A stretch of 64,000 nucleotides of DNA, from NCBI GenBank assembly GCA_002423615.1, contig DIKO01000105.1:507-64506 (forward strand). The letters run 5' to 3'. The notes beneath the pieces were generated by a model that was given only the letters and a program-made list of their open reading frames with translations, did no database searches and was not told the origin of the DNA. Position 1 is the stretch's first letter, and each line of letters opens with the position of its first letter. This DNA is from Desulfobacteraceae bacterium UBA5616 (GTDB taxonomy: Bacteria > Desulfobacterota > Desulfobacteria > Desulfobacterales > UBA5616). Position numbers and translations under genes: made by a program. Positions 48,815-58,359 of this stretch are shown here, one piece after another.

Positions 48815-49759
48815 ATGGAATTAATAGAGGGTTTGAATCACCTTAAAGCCCCGTTTAAAAACGCGGTGGTGACCATCGGCAATTTTGACGGGGTGCATAT
48901 CGGTCATCAGGCTTTATTTCATCAGGTTACTGAAAAAGCCGACGCCCTGGGCGGGACTTCCGTTGCCATCACCTTTGAGCCCCACCCTATCCGGGTATTG
49001 AAAACAGGGGAAAGCCCTCCCTTGATTACCCTGTATGAACAGAAAATCCAACTTATCGGCCGCTCCTCCCTGGATGCGCTGGTGGTGATCCCTTTTACCC
49101 AAGAGTTCGCCAATATCCCGGCGCCTTCATTCATAGAGGATATCCTGGTCCATCGGATCGGGATGAAAGCCATTATTATCGGCGAAGATTACAGCTTCGG
49201 CAGGAATCGGGAAGGTAATTTCGATCTTTTGAAAACCTTTGGTGAGCGCCTGGGTTTTTCAGTAACCGTCGCCAACTGGATCGTCACCTCAAACGGCAAT
49301 TCCAAACGCATCAGCAGCACTGCCATCCGGGAGATGGTGATGGACGGAAGGGTGGCCGATGTTCAACAAATGCTGGGCCGATTTTATCAGATCCGGGGAT
49401 TCGTTGAAAAAGGAAGAAACCGCGGCGGAAAACAACTGGGATTTCCCACGGCCAATGTTCGTCTTTACGATGAATTGTGCCCGAAAATGGGTGTTTACGC
49501 CGTTACGGTGGAACTGGACGGTAATCGTCACCCGGGAGTGGCCAATATCGGGTACAGCCCCACCTTCGACGATCATATCTATACGGTTGAGGTTCACATT
49601 CTCGACTTTAACAGAGACATCTATGGCAGCCCCATCCGGGTCAACTTCGTCCAACGCGTCCGGGATGAAAGGAAATTTTCCGGCATTTCCGAGCTTTCGG
49701 CCCAGATTAAAAAGGATGTCATGGAAGCCCGCAGGATTTTATCTCCCATGACCTCATAA
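48815..49759 (+). CDS. ribF: bifunctional riboflavin kinase / FMN adenylyltransferase
   Basis: 314 aa with GNFDGVHIGHQ, GFPTAN and the riboflavin kinase C-domain. Confidence 0.95.
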   Translation: MELIEGLNHLKAPFKNAVVTIGNFDGVHIGHQALFHQVTEKADALGGTSVAITFEPHPIRVLKTGESPPLITLYEQKIQLIGRSSLDALVVIPFTQEFANIPAPSFIEDILVHRIGMKAIIIGEDYSFGRNREGNFDLLKTFGERLGFSVTVANWIVTSNGNSKRISSTAIREMVMDGRVADVQQMLGRFYQIRGFVEKGRNRGGKQLGFPTANVRLYDELCPKMGVYAVTVELDGNRHPGVANIGYSPTFDDHIYTVEVHILDFNRDIYGSPIRVNFVQRVRDERKFSGISELSAQIKKDVMEARRILSPMTS

Positions 49760-49775
49760 CGGTGTTTCCCAATTC

Positions 49776-50885
49776 ATGAACAGAAGAGTCTTTTTTTCCA
49801 TAATCCTCGGTGCGGTCCTTTCCATCGCCGGCCTTTACCTGGCCTTCCGGAACATACCCCTTGAAGAACTTTATCAATATTTAAAATCAATCGATTACGT
49901 GTGGATGATACCGGCCGCTGCCGTCGTTTTACTGACCTATGGGTTAAGGGCCGTACGCTGGAGTATCATCCTTTCCGCCTCTCATCCGCTTTCTTTTAAG
50001 GAGGCCTTTCACCCGTTGGTGATCGGGTTTGCGATAAACTGCATCCTTCCTGCGCGTGCGGGAGAAATCGCCAGGCCCATCATCCTGAAAAATAAATCCC
50101 GGGTCCCCTTTTCCACCGGGCTTGCAACGGTGGCAACAGAGCGGTTTTTCGATATTTTGCTGCTCCTGGGGCTGTTTGCGTGGGTCATGGCAACCATCGA
50201 TTTTCACTCCGCAGTAGAAATGTCTTTCGGAAATTACCGCCTGAACGGCGCCATGCTCAAATTTCTTGGAAACAAACTGACGATTCTCACCGTTTTTATG
50301 GTTGCCGGAATATTCGCCATAAGCATGGATGTTTCCCGGAACCTGTTGATCAAAGGCATACTGGCCCTGCCGGAAAGGATGTTCTTTTTCGGCCCCCGAA
50401 GAAAATCTCTGGTTAGGGACAAAATTTCAACTCCACTGGTCGGCGTTCTTGAAAATATCTCGAGCGGGTTTTCCCTGCTGAGACATCCGGGAAAGATAAT
50501 CATGTGTACGGCCTTTACCGCCCTTATCTGGGGATTTCAGGCGTTTTCCTATCTCCTCGTCGCCCGTGGATGCCCGGGCGTTTCCCTGTCCTTTGTTGAT
50601 ATGTTTACGGTGATGATTATTATATGTTTATTTATCGCCCTTCCATCGGTTCCCGGATACTGGGGGTTGTGGGAAGCCGGTGGGGTATTCGCACTGGGGT
50701 TGTTCGGCATCGATGCAAAAGAAGCAGGAGGATTTACCTTGACCAACCACGCGATTCAGGTGCTGCCGGTGATTCTCATGGGAATGGCGTCCGCCGTAAC
50801 CATCAGTGTCGACATCCGCCAATTTTCCAAAGGTAAACCTTCTGTTGTCGTCAATCCGATGGAACGTAAGGATGCTCTGATATGA
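49776..50885 (+). CDS. UPF0104 flippase-like (lysyl-PG synthase TM-region-like) membrane protein
   Basis: 369-aa protein with about 8 TM segments and the conserved AGEIARP-type loop. Confidence 0.6.
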   Translation: MNRRVFFSIILGAVLSIAGLYLAFRNIPLEELYQYLKSIDYVWMIPAAAVVLLTYGLRAVRWSIILSASHPLSFKEAFHPLVIGFAINCILPARAGEIARPIILKNKSRVPFSTGLATVATERFFDILLLLGLFAWVMATIDFHSAVEMSFGNYRLNGAMLKFLGNKLTILTVFMVAGIFAISMDVSRNLLIKGILALPERMFFFGPRRKSLVRDKISTPLVGVLENISSGFSLLRHPGKIIMCTAFTALIWGFQAFSYLLVARGCPGVSLSFVDMFTVMIIICLFIALPSVPGYWGLWEAGGVFALGLFGIDAKEAGGFTLTNHAIQVLPVILMGMASAVTISVDIRQFSKGKPSVVVNPMERKDALI

Positions 50886-51391
50886 CCATTTTAGAGATCA
50901 AAACATTTCCGGACAAATTTTTAACACGGCCCACAAAGCCGGTGAATAATATCGACGGTAGCCTTCAGGACCTCATCGATCGCATGGCCCAGACCATGTA
51001 CGAAGCGCCGGGAATCGGACTTGCCGCAATTCAGGTGGGGATCGACAAGAGCCTTGTCGTCTACGATATTTCACCCCGGGAAGAAGGTCATTCCTTCGGC
51101 GTGCTGGTAAATCCCGTCATCACTGCGGTTGAGGGATCCATTGTGTCGGAAAATGAGGGATGCCTGAGTGTGCCGGATTTCACATCGGATGTGAAACGGC
51201 ACAGGGCCATTGAAGTGGAGGGAATCGACCGCCACGGCAATCCCGTGAAATTTCAGGCCGAGGGGCTTATGGCCATCATGCTCCAGCATGAGATCGATCA
51301 TCTGGAGGGAAAATTATTCATCGACCGGATCAGCAAGCTGAAACGGGAGCTTTATATTCGACGGATCAGAAAGAATCTGAAGAATCCATGA
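50882..51391 (+). CDS. def: peptide deformylase
   Basis: 169 aa with GIGLAAIQVG, EGCLSVP and HEIDHLEG. Confidence 0.95.
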   Translation: MTILEIKTFPDKFLTRPTKPVNNIDGSLQDLIDRMAQTMYEAPGIGLAAIQVGIDKSLVVYDISPREEGHSFGVLVNPVITAVEGSIVSENEGCLSVPDFTSDVKRHRAIEVEGIDRHGNPVKFQAEGLMAIMLQHEIDHLEGKLFIDRISKLKRELYIRRIRKNLKNP

Positions 51392-52329
51392 AAAAAAGGT
51401 TCAATCTGGTATACATGGGCACGCCGGATTTTGCCGTGCCCGCCCTTCCGGCCCTGTTGGAAGCCGGGCACTGCATCACCCTGGTGGTCACCCAGCCGGA
51501 CCGCCCAAGTGGAAGGGGACGAAAGCTTCAGGCCCCGCCGGTCAAAACAGCGGCCCTTGAATCGGGGATCCCGGTCTTCCAGCCCGAATCCATAAAAACA
51601 AACGAGGTTGCTTTACGGCTGAAGGAACTGAACCCCGATTTCCTGGTGGTCGCCGCCTTTGGAAGAATTCTTTCGGAGGATCTTCTGGCCATCCCCGGAT
51701 ATGGTGCCGTCAATATTCATGCATCGCTGCTTCCCCGCTACCGGGGACCGGCCCCTATTCAATGGGCGATCATCAACGGGGAAAAAGAAACCGGCGTCAC
51801 GACGATGCTCATGGATCGCGGTCTGGACACAGGAGACATCCTTTTATCCGAAAAGACGGCGATTTCGGAGAAGGATACCTCTTCCACCCTCCATGACCGG
51901 CTTGCCCTCATGGGTGCCTCTCTGGTTGTAGAGACATTGGCGAAAATGGGGGAAGGACATATCCGGCCGATCCCCCAGAACCATGACCAGGCCACCTATG
52001 CCCCCCTTTTAACCAAGAAAGACGGCCGCATCGACTGGAAAAAATCATCCCGCCAACTGGATGCGTTTATCCGCGGCATGACTCCCTGGCCCGGTGCCTA
52101 TACTTTTGAAGGAGAAAACCGGCTTAAAATCCTTTCGGCAAAACCTGTTTTTCAATCATCATCCGCTTCCCCCGGAACGGTTCTTCCCGGATTTTCCGAT
52201 GAATTGAGAATCGCGACACAAGACGGCGCCCTTATCGTGCTGAAAATTCAGGGGGCCTCGGGGAAACGCCTTTCCATAAGGGATTTCCTCCGGGGACATC
52301 AAATTCCGCCGGGAACCCAATTTGAATAA
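51388..52329 (+). CDS. fmt: methionyl-tRNA formyltransferase
   Basis: 313 aa with MGTPDFAVP and HASLLPRYRGPAPIQWAI. It overlaps def by 4 nt. Confidence 0.95.
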   Translation: MKKRFNLVYMGTPDFAVPALPALLEAGHCITLVVTQPDRPSGRGRKLQAPPVKTAALESGIPVFQPESIKTNEVALRLKELNPDFLVVAAFGRILSEDLLAIPGYGAVNIHASLLPRYRGPAPIQWAIINGEKETGVTTMLMDRGLDTGDILLSEKTAISEKDTSSTLHDRLALMGASLVVETLAKMGEGHIRPIPQNHDQATYAPLLTKKDGRIDWKKSSRQLDAFIRGMTPWPGAYTFEGENRLKILSAKPVFQSSSASPGTVLPGFSDELRIATQDGALIVLKIQGASGKRLSIRDFLRGHQIPPGTQFE

Positions 52330-53698
52330 AGGGGCCGGTTTGACCTTTAATGCACGAAAGCTTGCCCTGGATATCCTCCTGTCACTGGACAACAGCGGAA
52401 AAACCCTGGATTCGGTTTCAGAAGACCGGCTTTCCGCTTACCCGGAATTGCCCAAACGGGATAAATCCCTTGTGTACGCACTGGTATACGGGGTGCTCAG
52501 ACAACGGGGACATCTGGACTGGGTGATCGCACGCTGCTCCAAAACCGGATCGGCCAAAATCGACCCGGACATCCTTCAGATCCTGCGCATCGGTCTTTTC
52601 CAGATTCTCTACCTGGACCGGATCCCCGTATCCGCCGCAGTGAACACAGCTGTTGAAATGGCAAAAAAAATCCATCCACCCCATGTGATCCGTTTTGTGA
52701 ATGCAGTACTTCGAAATGCGGTGAGAAGACTTGAAACAGATGGGTTTCCCGATATGCCTGACGATCCGCTGTTACGGCTTTCCATCGAAAAATCCTTTCC
52801 CGGATGGATGATCGAGCGCTGGGTTACCCGGTATGGACTCGGTGAAACCCCGAAAATGCTGGACTTTCTCAATACCATACCGCCCATTACCATAAGAACC
52901 AATACCTTGAAAACAAGCCGTTCCGAACTTGCCCGGAATCTTGAAGCCGACGGCGATTCCATACGGTGCACCCCATATGCCCCCGATGGCATCTCGCTTG
53001 AAAATCCCAAAAAGGCGGTATTTGAATTTGAATCATTTCGCCGGGGATGGTTCCAGGTTCAGGACGAGGCGGCCCAGCTCGTAACCCTTCTGCTGGACCC
53101 GCAACCCGGTGAAACCATCCTGGACGCCTGTTCCGGACTTGGGGGGAAAACAGGTCATATCGCACAGTTGATCAAGGATAAGGGGACGATCTTCGCCCTG
53201 GACCAGAATATCCATAAACTGGACAAATTAAGAAAAGAGATGGACCGCCTGGGCATATCGTCGGTTGAAATCCGCCATATGGACCTGAATACCCCGGTAA
53301 CCGGAGACGTTCCCCGCCGGTTTGACAGGATACTGCTTGACGCACCATGTTCCGGAATGGGTGTTTTAAGAAGAAACCCAGACATCAAATGGCGAATGCA
53401 ACCCGGACGCTTAAAAATGTTGAGGGAAAACCAGATCCGCTTGTTAAATCGTGTTGCCGAATGGGTTGAGCCCGGCGGGGTTATGGTATACGCTGTCTGC
53501 AGTCTGGAGCCGGAAGAAAACGAGGATGTCGTGGACGCGTTTTTATCCATGAACGAGAATTTTGAGATCGTATGTCAACCTTCCAACCTTCCGGATGGTG
53601 CCGCTATGATCATAAATAGCAGAGGCTTTTTAAAAACCCTGCCCCATCATCACCACATGGATGGTTTTTTTGCGGCAAAAATAATAAGACTGAAATGA
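52322..53698 (+). CDS. rsmB: 16S rRNA (cytosine967-C5)-methyltransferase RsmB
   Basis: 458 aa with a NusB-like N-domain and a methyltransferase core (DACSGLGGKT, DAPCSGMGVLRRNPDIKW, YAVCS). The TTG start is uncertain. Confidence 0.9.
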   Translation: MNKGAGLTFNARKLALDILLSLDNSGKTLDSVSEDRLSAYPELPKRDKSLVYALVYGVLRQRGHLDWVIARCSKTGSAKIDPDILQILRIGLFQILYLDRIPVSAAVNTAVEMAKKIHPPHVIRFVNAVLRNAVRRLETDGFPDMPDDPLLRLSIEKSFPGWMIERWVTRYGLGETPKMLDFLNTIPPITIRTNTLKTSRSELARNLEADGDSIRCTPYAPDGISLENPKKAVFEFESFRRGWFQVQDEAAQLVTLLLDPQPGETILDACSGLGGKTGHIAQLIKDKGTIFALDQNIHKLDKLRKEMDRLGISSVEIRHMDLNTPVTGDVPRRFDRILLDAPCSGMGVLRRNPDIKWRMQPGRLKMLRENQIRLLNRVAEWVEPGGVMVYAVCSLEPEENEDVVDAFLSMNENFEIVCQPSNLPDGAAMIINSRGFLKTLPHHHHMDGFFAAKIIRLK

Positions 53699-53808
53699 CG
53701 TGGGTCGGTTTTTCCGGGGTCTGATTTTACGTTGACCTGAATCCTCAAAAGAGGTTAAGGTTCACTTCCAAAAATTTCCTATGAATACTGCCGGAGGAAA
53801 CACCCGAT

Positions 53809-54462
53809 ATGAAATTAATTGCACCATCAATTCTTTCCGCCGATTTCACCCGGCTCGGCGATGAGATCAAAACCGTTGAAAAAGCCGGTGCCGACTGGAT
53901 CCACGCCGATGTCATGGATGGTCATTTCGTTCCCAACATTACCTTCGGGCCCTTTGTGGTGCAGGCAGTGGGCCGTGCCACCGGATTGCCCATCGACGTT
54001 CACCTGATGATTGAAAATCCGGACCGCTACATCCCGGATTTCGCAAAGGCCGGTGCCTCGTGGATTTCGGTACAGGCCGAAGCCTGCCGTCATCTCCACC
54101 GGACGGTTCACCTGATCCGGGAACTGAACGTTAAAGCCGGTGTGGCTTTAAACCCGGCCACACCGCTTACCCAGGTGGAATGGATCCTGGGGGATCTTGA
54201 TTATGTTTTGATCATGAGCGTTAACCCGGGTTTCGGGGGTCAGTCCTTTATCCCCGAAAGCCTGGACAAAATCAAAGCATTAAAGAAAATGATCGTTGAG
54301 AGAGGGCGTTCGGTTCTGATTCAGGTCGACGGCGGCGTTAATCTGAAAACCATCGAAAAGGTTTCAGCCGCCGGGGCCGATGTGTTTGTTGCCGGTTCCG
54401 CCATTTTCGGAAGCGAAAATTATGAGAATACCATCAGGGCATTCAAAGAAAAAATCCATTGA
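53809..54462 (+). CDS. rpe: ribulose-phosphate 3-epimerase
   Basis: 217 aa with [31 protein letters not shown] and VDGG. Confidence 0.95.
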   Translation: MKLIAPSILSADFTRLGDEIKTVEKAGADWIHADVMDGHFVPNITFGPFVVQAVGRATGLPIDVHLMIENPDRYIPDFAKAGASWISVQAEACRHLHRTVHLIRELNVKAGVALNPATPLTQVEWILGDLDYVLIMSVNPGFGGQSFIPESLDKIKALKKMIVERGRSVLIQVDGGVNLKTIEKVSAAGADVFVAGSAIFGSENYENTIRAFKEKIH

Positions 54463-54502
54463 CCGGATCAGATGACCGGATCAGGTTTATAGGGAGATTA
54501 AA

Positions 54503-54961
54503 ATGGGAAAATCAACCCAATTGAAAAAGGTTCTGGTTATCCATGGCCCGAATTTAAACATGCTGGGCAAAAGAGAGCCCGGGTTATACGGCACTCTCCC
54601 GCTTCCGGACATCAATCAGAAACTCACGGAACTGGCGAAAACCCTCGGTATGGGGGTTGACACCTTCCAATCCAACCATGAAGGCGGCATCATCGATAAA
54701 ATCCAGTCCGCCATGGGCAATTATGACGGTTTGATCATCAATCCCGCAGCCTACACACACACGAGTATCGGCATCCGGGACGCTCTGTTGCTGTTGAGCG
54801 TCCCGGTCATTGAGATTCATCTGTCGAACATTTATAAGCGGGAACCCTTCCGCCACAGGTCCATGATATCCGATATCGTCACGGCCCAGCTTGCCGGTTT
54901 CGGGCCGGACGGGTATTTCATGGCACTGGAAGCCATTCATAAAATATTGGAACAGCCGTGA
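54503..54961 (+). CDS. aroQ: type II 3-dehydroquinate dehydratase
   Basis: 152 aa with HGPNLNMLGKREPGLYG and IINPAAYTHTSIGIRDA. Confidence 0.95.
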   Translation: MGKSTQLKKVLVIHGPNLNMLGKREPGLYGTLPLPDINQKLTELAKTLGMGVDTFQSNHEGGIIDKIQSAMGNYDGLIINPAAYTHTSIGIRDALLLLSVPVIEIHLSNIYKREPFRHRSMISDIVTAQLAGFGPDGYFMALEAIHKILEQP

Positions 54962-55021
54962 GGGTCGTTTGAGTCCAACCCCTTGGGATCATGAAACCCC
55001 TGGAAGGCTTCTGACATTTCC

Positions 55022-55306
55022 GTGCGGTTTCGATTAAACACACAGAGGGAGACAAGCGTGACATTGAAGTCGGATCAGTTCAGAGAGGTCTATCTTATTT
55101 CCGGAATCGACCCGGACAAGCTCAGCGACTCCCAAAAACGGTTCATTGAGAAGATTTTCACCCTCCTTATCCGGAAATGCAGCCAGGAGGACAAATCCAT
55201 CGGCAGTCTGGGAGAGGCGTTAAGGGAAATTGCGGACGTGGTCAGGGATGATCCCCTGTTTCAGGATGACAATCCGGCAGACCCGTCCTTGTCTTCTTCT
55301 GAATGA
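55022..55306 (+). CDS. hypothetical protein
   Basis: 94-aa ORF with a GTG start. No motif recognised. Confidence 0.3.
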   Translation: MRFRLNTQRETSVTLKSDQFREVYLISGIDPDKLSDSQKRFIEKIFTLLIRKCSQEDKSIGSLGEALREIADVVRDDPLFQDDNPADPSLSSSE

Positions 55307-55310
55307 GGCC

Positions 55311-56009
55311 CTATTTGCATGGGGTGGGCTGAACCCATCTGTTCCCCTCGCCGTCATAAAACCATTTATCGGTAAATCCCCGGCGCTTAATGAATTTCGG
55401 ACTTTCGGACCAGCTTAACAATTGTTGATACGCCTGGTGAATTTTCCGGAAACGACCTGCATCGCCCCCACAGTCGGGATGGTAAAGCTTGGCCATGTTG
55501 CGAAAGGCTGATTTAATGGACTGCAGGGCCCTGGGACTGTTGAGATCCTCACGGCTCAGTTTGAGGCAGACCAATGAATCTCCCACAAGCGCAGGGATAA
55601 GCGACTCCCGCGGGAGGGTCCAAGAACATACGGTCTTGTTTTTTAGGGCGGCGTCAAGTACATGACGATTGGCCAGGTATCGCTTATCGGTTTTTCGCTT
55701 TTCACTCCACCACGCGTTGCCCAACCGGTTTGACAACCGTATAAAATCCTCGGCCGGTGTATTGCCGGTTTTGCGGGAATAGACAAAGCTGAAAATATTA
55801 TCGGCTTCCTTTAAAACCACATCCAGAATAATTTCAGATTCCGTAAAATAAAAAATCGCGTATCGGGTGTTCAAGGCCCTTAACAGGCCGGTCCGGATAT
55901 CCAGTTGATGCCTTAACCGCTGCCGGCATTCAAGGGAGCAATATCGACGGGAGCCCATATTCCGTGTTTCGCCGCAGGAAAGGCATTTTTTCAATTCGGG
56001 ATCATTCAT
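55311..56009 (-). CDS. J-domain protein with N-terminal Cys4 zinc-ribbon-like motif
   Basis: 232 aa. CLSCGE...CSLEC at the N-terminus, and a C-terminal J-domain with HPD (AFRNMAKLYHPDCGGDAGRFRKIHQAYQQL). Confidence 0.7.
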   Translation of the reverse strand: MNDPELKKCLSCGETRNMGSRRYCSLECRQRLRHQLDIRTGLLRALNTRYAIFYFTESEIILDVVLKEADNIFSFVYSRKTGNTPAEDFIRLSNRLGNAWWSEKRKTDKRYLANRHVLDAALKNKTVCSWTLPRESLIPALVGDSLVCLKLSREDLNSPRALQSIKSAFRNMAKLYHPDCGGDAGRFRKIHQAYQQLLSWSESPKFIKRRGFTDKWFYDGEGNRWVQPTPCK

Positions 56010-56139
56010 GCCGATTCATAAAAATTAGGTTGTAAAAATGGGTGGTTTCTGCCATAAATTTAACCTAAGTATAAAGTTTCTGAATTAAATTCTCGCGAAC
56101 CGATAAGACCCCAAACCGTCAACCACCATTTTTGGAGAA

Positions 56140-56688
56140 ATGTTTATGGCCAGATTATCACAAGAAAAGATGGAAAAACAAGCACAACCCAAAAAAGAGC
56201 GGGTGAATACCCTTGGGGTGGCAACGCCGGATGCCGGCAGCCTTGAAGAACTCACCATGCAAAAATTCAAACTCCAAGAATCAAACGTGGCGTTAAGGGT
56301 TCTCCTGAAGAAGCGCGATGAGGACAAGGTCGAGATTGAAGAAAAAATGATATATAACATCAAAGAGTTGGTTAAACCTTACATTGAAAAATTAAAGGAA
56401 ACGGAGTTAACTTCCAAACAATCGGCCCTGGTAAGCGTTATCGAATCCAATATTGACGATATTATCTCTCCTTTTGTAAGGGACATGTCTCTGAAATTTA
56501 TGAAACTGACCCCCATGGAAATTCAGGTGGCCAATCTCATCAAACAGGGGAAAACCACCAAACAAATTGCCGAATTGATGAATTTGTCCGGCAGGACCAT
56601 TGAAACCCACCGGAAAAAAATCCGCACAAAAATCGGAATCGGAAATAAGAAGGCGAATTTAAGATCCCATCTCCTGTCCCTCCAATGA
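56140..56688 (+). CDS. LuxR-family HTH protein with coiled-coil N-terminus
   Basis: C-terminal LTPMEIQVANLIKQGKTTKQIAELMNLSGRTIETHRKKIRTKIG, a GerE/LuxR HTH. Confidence 0.8.
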   Translation: MFMARLSQEKMEKQAQPKKERVNTLGVATPDAGSLEELTMQKFKLQESNVALRVLLKKRDEDKVEIEEKMIYNIKELVKPYIEKLKETELTSKQSALVSVIESNIDDIISPFVRDMSLKFMKLTPMEIQVANLIKQGKTTKQIAELMNLSGRTIETHRKKIRTKIGIGNKKANLRSHLLSLQ

Positions 56689-57596
56689 TCATCGACGTCC
56701 ACACCCATCTCGGCGACATCTTATACGCAGGCGGCGGCCGGTTGATTTTACGGAAAGGGGTTGTGAAAAATGCCGCTTTTGACCTGATCTCCCTGACCGA
56801 GAGGGGACTGTACAGATCCAACGCCATGATGGAATGGCTGCTCAATACCTTTTTCACCGACACGATCGCCAATGCCTGCCGATACCGGAACGCCACGGCG
56901 ACCTTGGAAAATATGCGCAAATCCATGGATGAAAACAAGGTACTGCGGTCGGTCTGCCTGCCCATTTTACCGAACCTGACGTTTGACGACCTCAAAGCCG
57001 CCGGCAAGCTGGATGAGGGCATAATTCCATTTACCGGCGTTGATTTTTCCGGGGATTTTAACCCGGATGCGGTGTTTCGAAACGATGTGGCCTCAGGGGC
57101 CAGAGGGTTGAAGCTGCATCCCATCCTCCAGCAGGAACCGTTAAACAGCCGGAAGACCTGTGCGGCGGTGGACGCATTTGCCGTTCACGGCTTGCCCGTG
57201 CTCTTTCACGCAGGCGTTCAGTCCTACTACCGGGGCCTGGAAAAAGAAACACGGCAGCGGCCCGAATACGGTGAACCACGCGAAGGATTTGCGATTGTGA
57301 AAGCGTTTCCCCAAATCCCGTTTATCGTCGGCCATGCCGGAATCTTCCAGTATCGCGAGACGATCGGGCTTTTCAGCAGTTTGAAAAATGCCCACGTGGA
57401 CACTTCATTCCAGTCTCCGGCACGGATTCGGGAGCTGATCAAGGCATTCGGACCGGAACGGGTCATGTTCGGTTCGGACTGGCCCTGGGGGAACCGCAGG
57501 GCCAATATCGCCTCGGCGTCCAAGGCGTGCCGGGGCGACAAGTCGCTTGAAAAAGCAATTTTTTATGACAACGCGGCACGGCTTTTGAAGATATGA
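56685..57596 (+). CDS. amidohydrolase-2 family metal-dependent hydrolase
   Basis: 303 aa with MIIDVHTHLGD (HxH), HAG and GSDWPW. Confidence 0.75.
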   Translation: MIIDVHTHLGDILYAGGGRLILRKGVVKNAAFDLISLTERGLYRSNAMMEWLLNTFFTDTIANACRYRNATATLENMRKSMDENKVLRSVCLPILPNLTFDDLKAAGKLDEGIIPFTGVDFSGDFNPDAVFRNDVASGARGLKLHPILQQEPLNSRKTCAAVDAFAVHGLPVLFHAGVQSYYRGLEKETRQRPEYGEPREGFAIVKAFPQIPFIVGHAGIFQYRETIGLFSSLKNAHVDTSFQSPARIRELIKAFGPERVMFGSDWPWGNRRANIASASKACRGDKSLEKAIFYDNAARLLKI

Positions 57597-57642
57597 ACCG
57601 GCCATCGAAATAGAAAAACGCCTAAGGCGGGCCTTTCACGAT

Positions 57643-58359
57643 TTACGATTCAGGATTTACAGCCTGCTGCGCCAATAGTTCTCTCAGCCATTCCGGTTCC
57701 GCCTGGGGATTGCCTTCCAGGAGGGCGGCAATTTTTCCAGTGACCTGCGCGGCGGCAAAACTGTGTCCCGAAAAATTCATGTTTTCAGGAATCCCAGTCA
57801 ATTTTCGCGGCCGGCCCGATGCGCCGAATTCGATCCTGCAGCCTGGATGGCAGATAATTTCCCCCTTCCGGCACTGCCGATTCCAATACACGCCGATGAC
57901 TCCGGGCAAGCCTGCGGGGAAAATATCGTCTTCCGGAGACCGTGCGGCGGCAACCATAATGATATGCTTCCTGTATGCTTCACGGCACAACTGCCCCAAC
58001 CTGGCCTTGCAGGCGTCCTGTTCGGTTCCGAGGCTTAAATGAATGATTTTCATATTCTCATCAATGGCCCATTTGAGCCCGGCTATAAGCAGGTCCACGG
58101 GCGCTTTTAATTTGTCATAAAATATTTTGACCGCATACATGTCCGCGTCCGGCGCCTTTTCCCGAATGACGCCGGCGATTGCCGTTCCATGGCCGATATG
58201 ATCGGAAAAATCAGGGTTCTCGATGATATCCGCGGTTTCATCCATCCGAAACGAAATACCTCCGGAAACACCATGGACATGGGGATGAAAGGGGTTAATC
58301 CCGCTGTCGATAATCGCCACCGGCACACTCATGGGCAAATCCTTCTGCCGGGCCTTCAT
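57643..58359 (-). CDS. qhpE: minimal subtilisin-like (S8) serine protease, QhpE-like leader peptidase candidate
   Basis: 238 aa with no pre-pro region. The catalytic triad context is AIIDSG (Asp), HGTAIAG (His) and SGHSFAAAQVTG (Ser). It is the last gene of the qhp-like cluster. The start is uncertain (58359, 58332 or 58326). Confidence 0.6.
   Translation of the reverse strand: MKARQKDLPMSVPVAIIDSGINPFHPHVHGVSGGISFRMDETADIIENPDFSDHIGHGTAIAGVIREKAPDADMYAVKIFYDKLKAPVDLLIAGLKWAIDENMKIIHLSLGTEQDACKARLGQLCREAYRKHIIMVAAARSPEDDIFPAGLPGVIGVYWNRQCRKGEIICHPGCRIEFGASGRPRKLTGIPENMNFSGHSFAAAQVTGKIAALLEGNPQAEPEWLRELLAQQAVNPES

Noticed and set aside
54463-54502. Direct repeat GACCGGATCAG x2 after rpe.
   Set aside because: It is a single short tandem duplication in a 40-nt spacer. 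No function can be supported.
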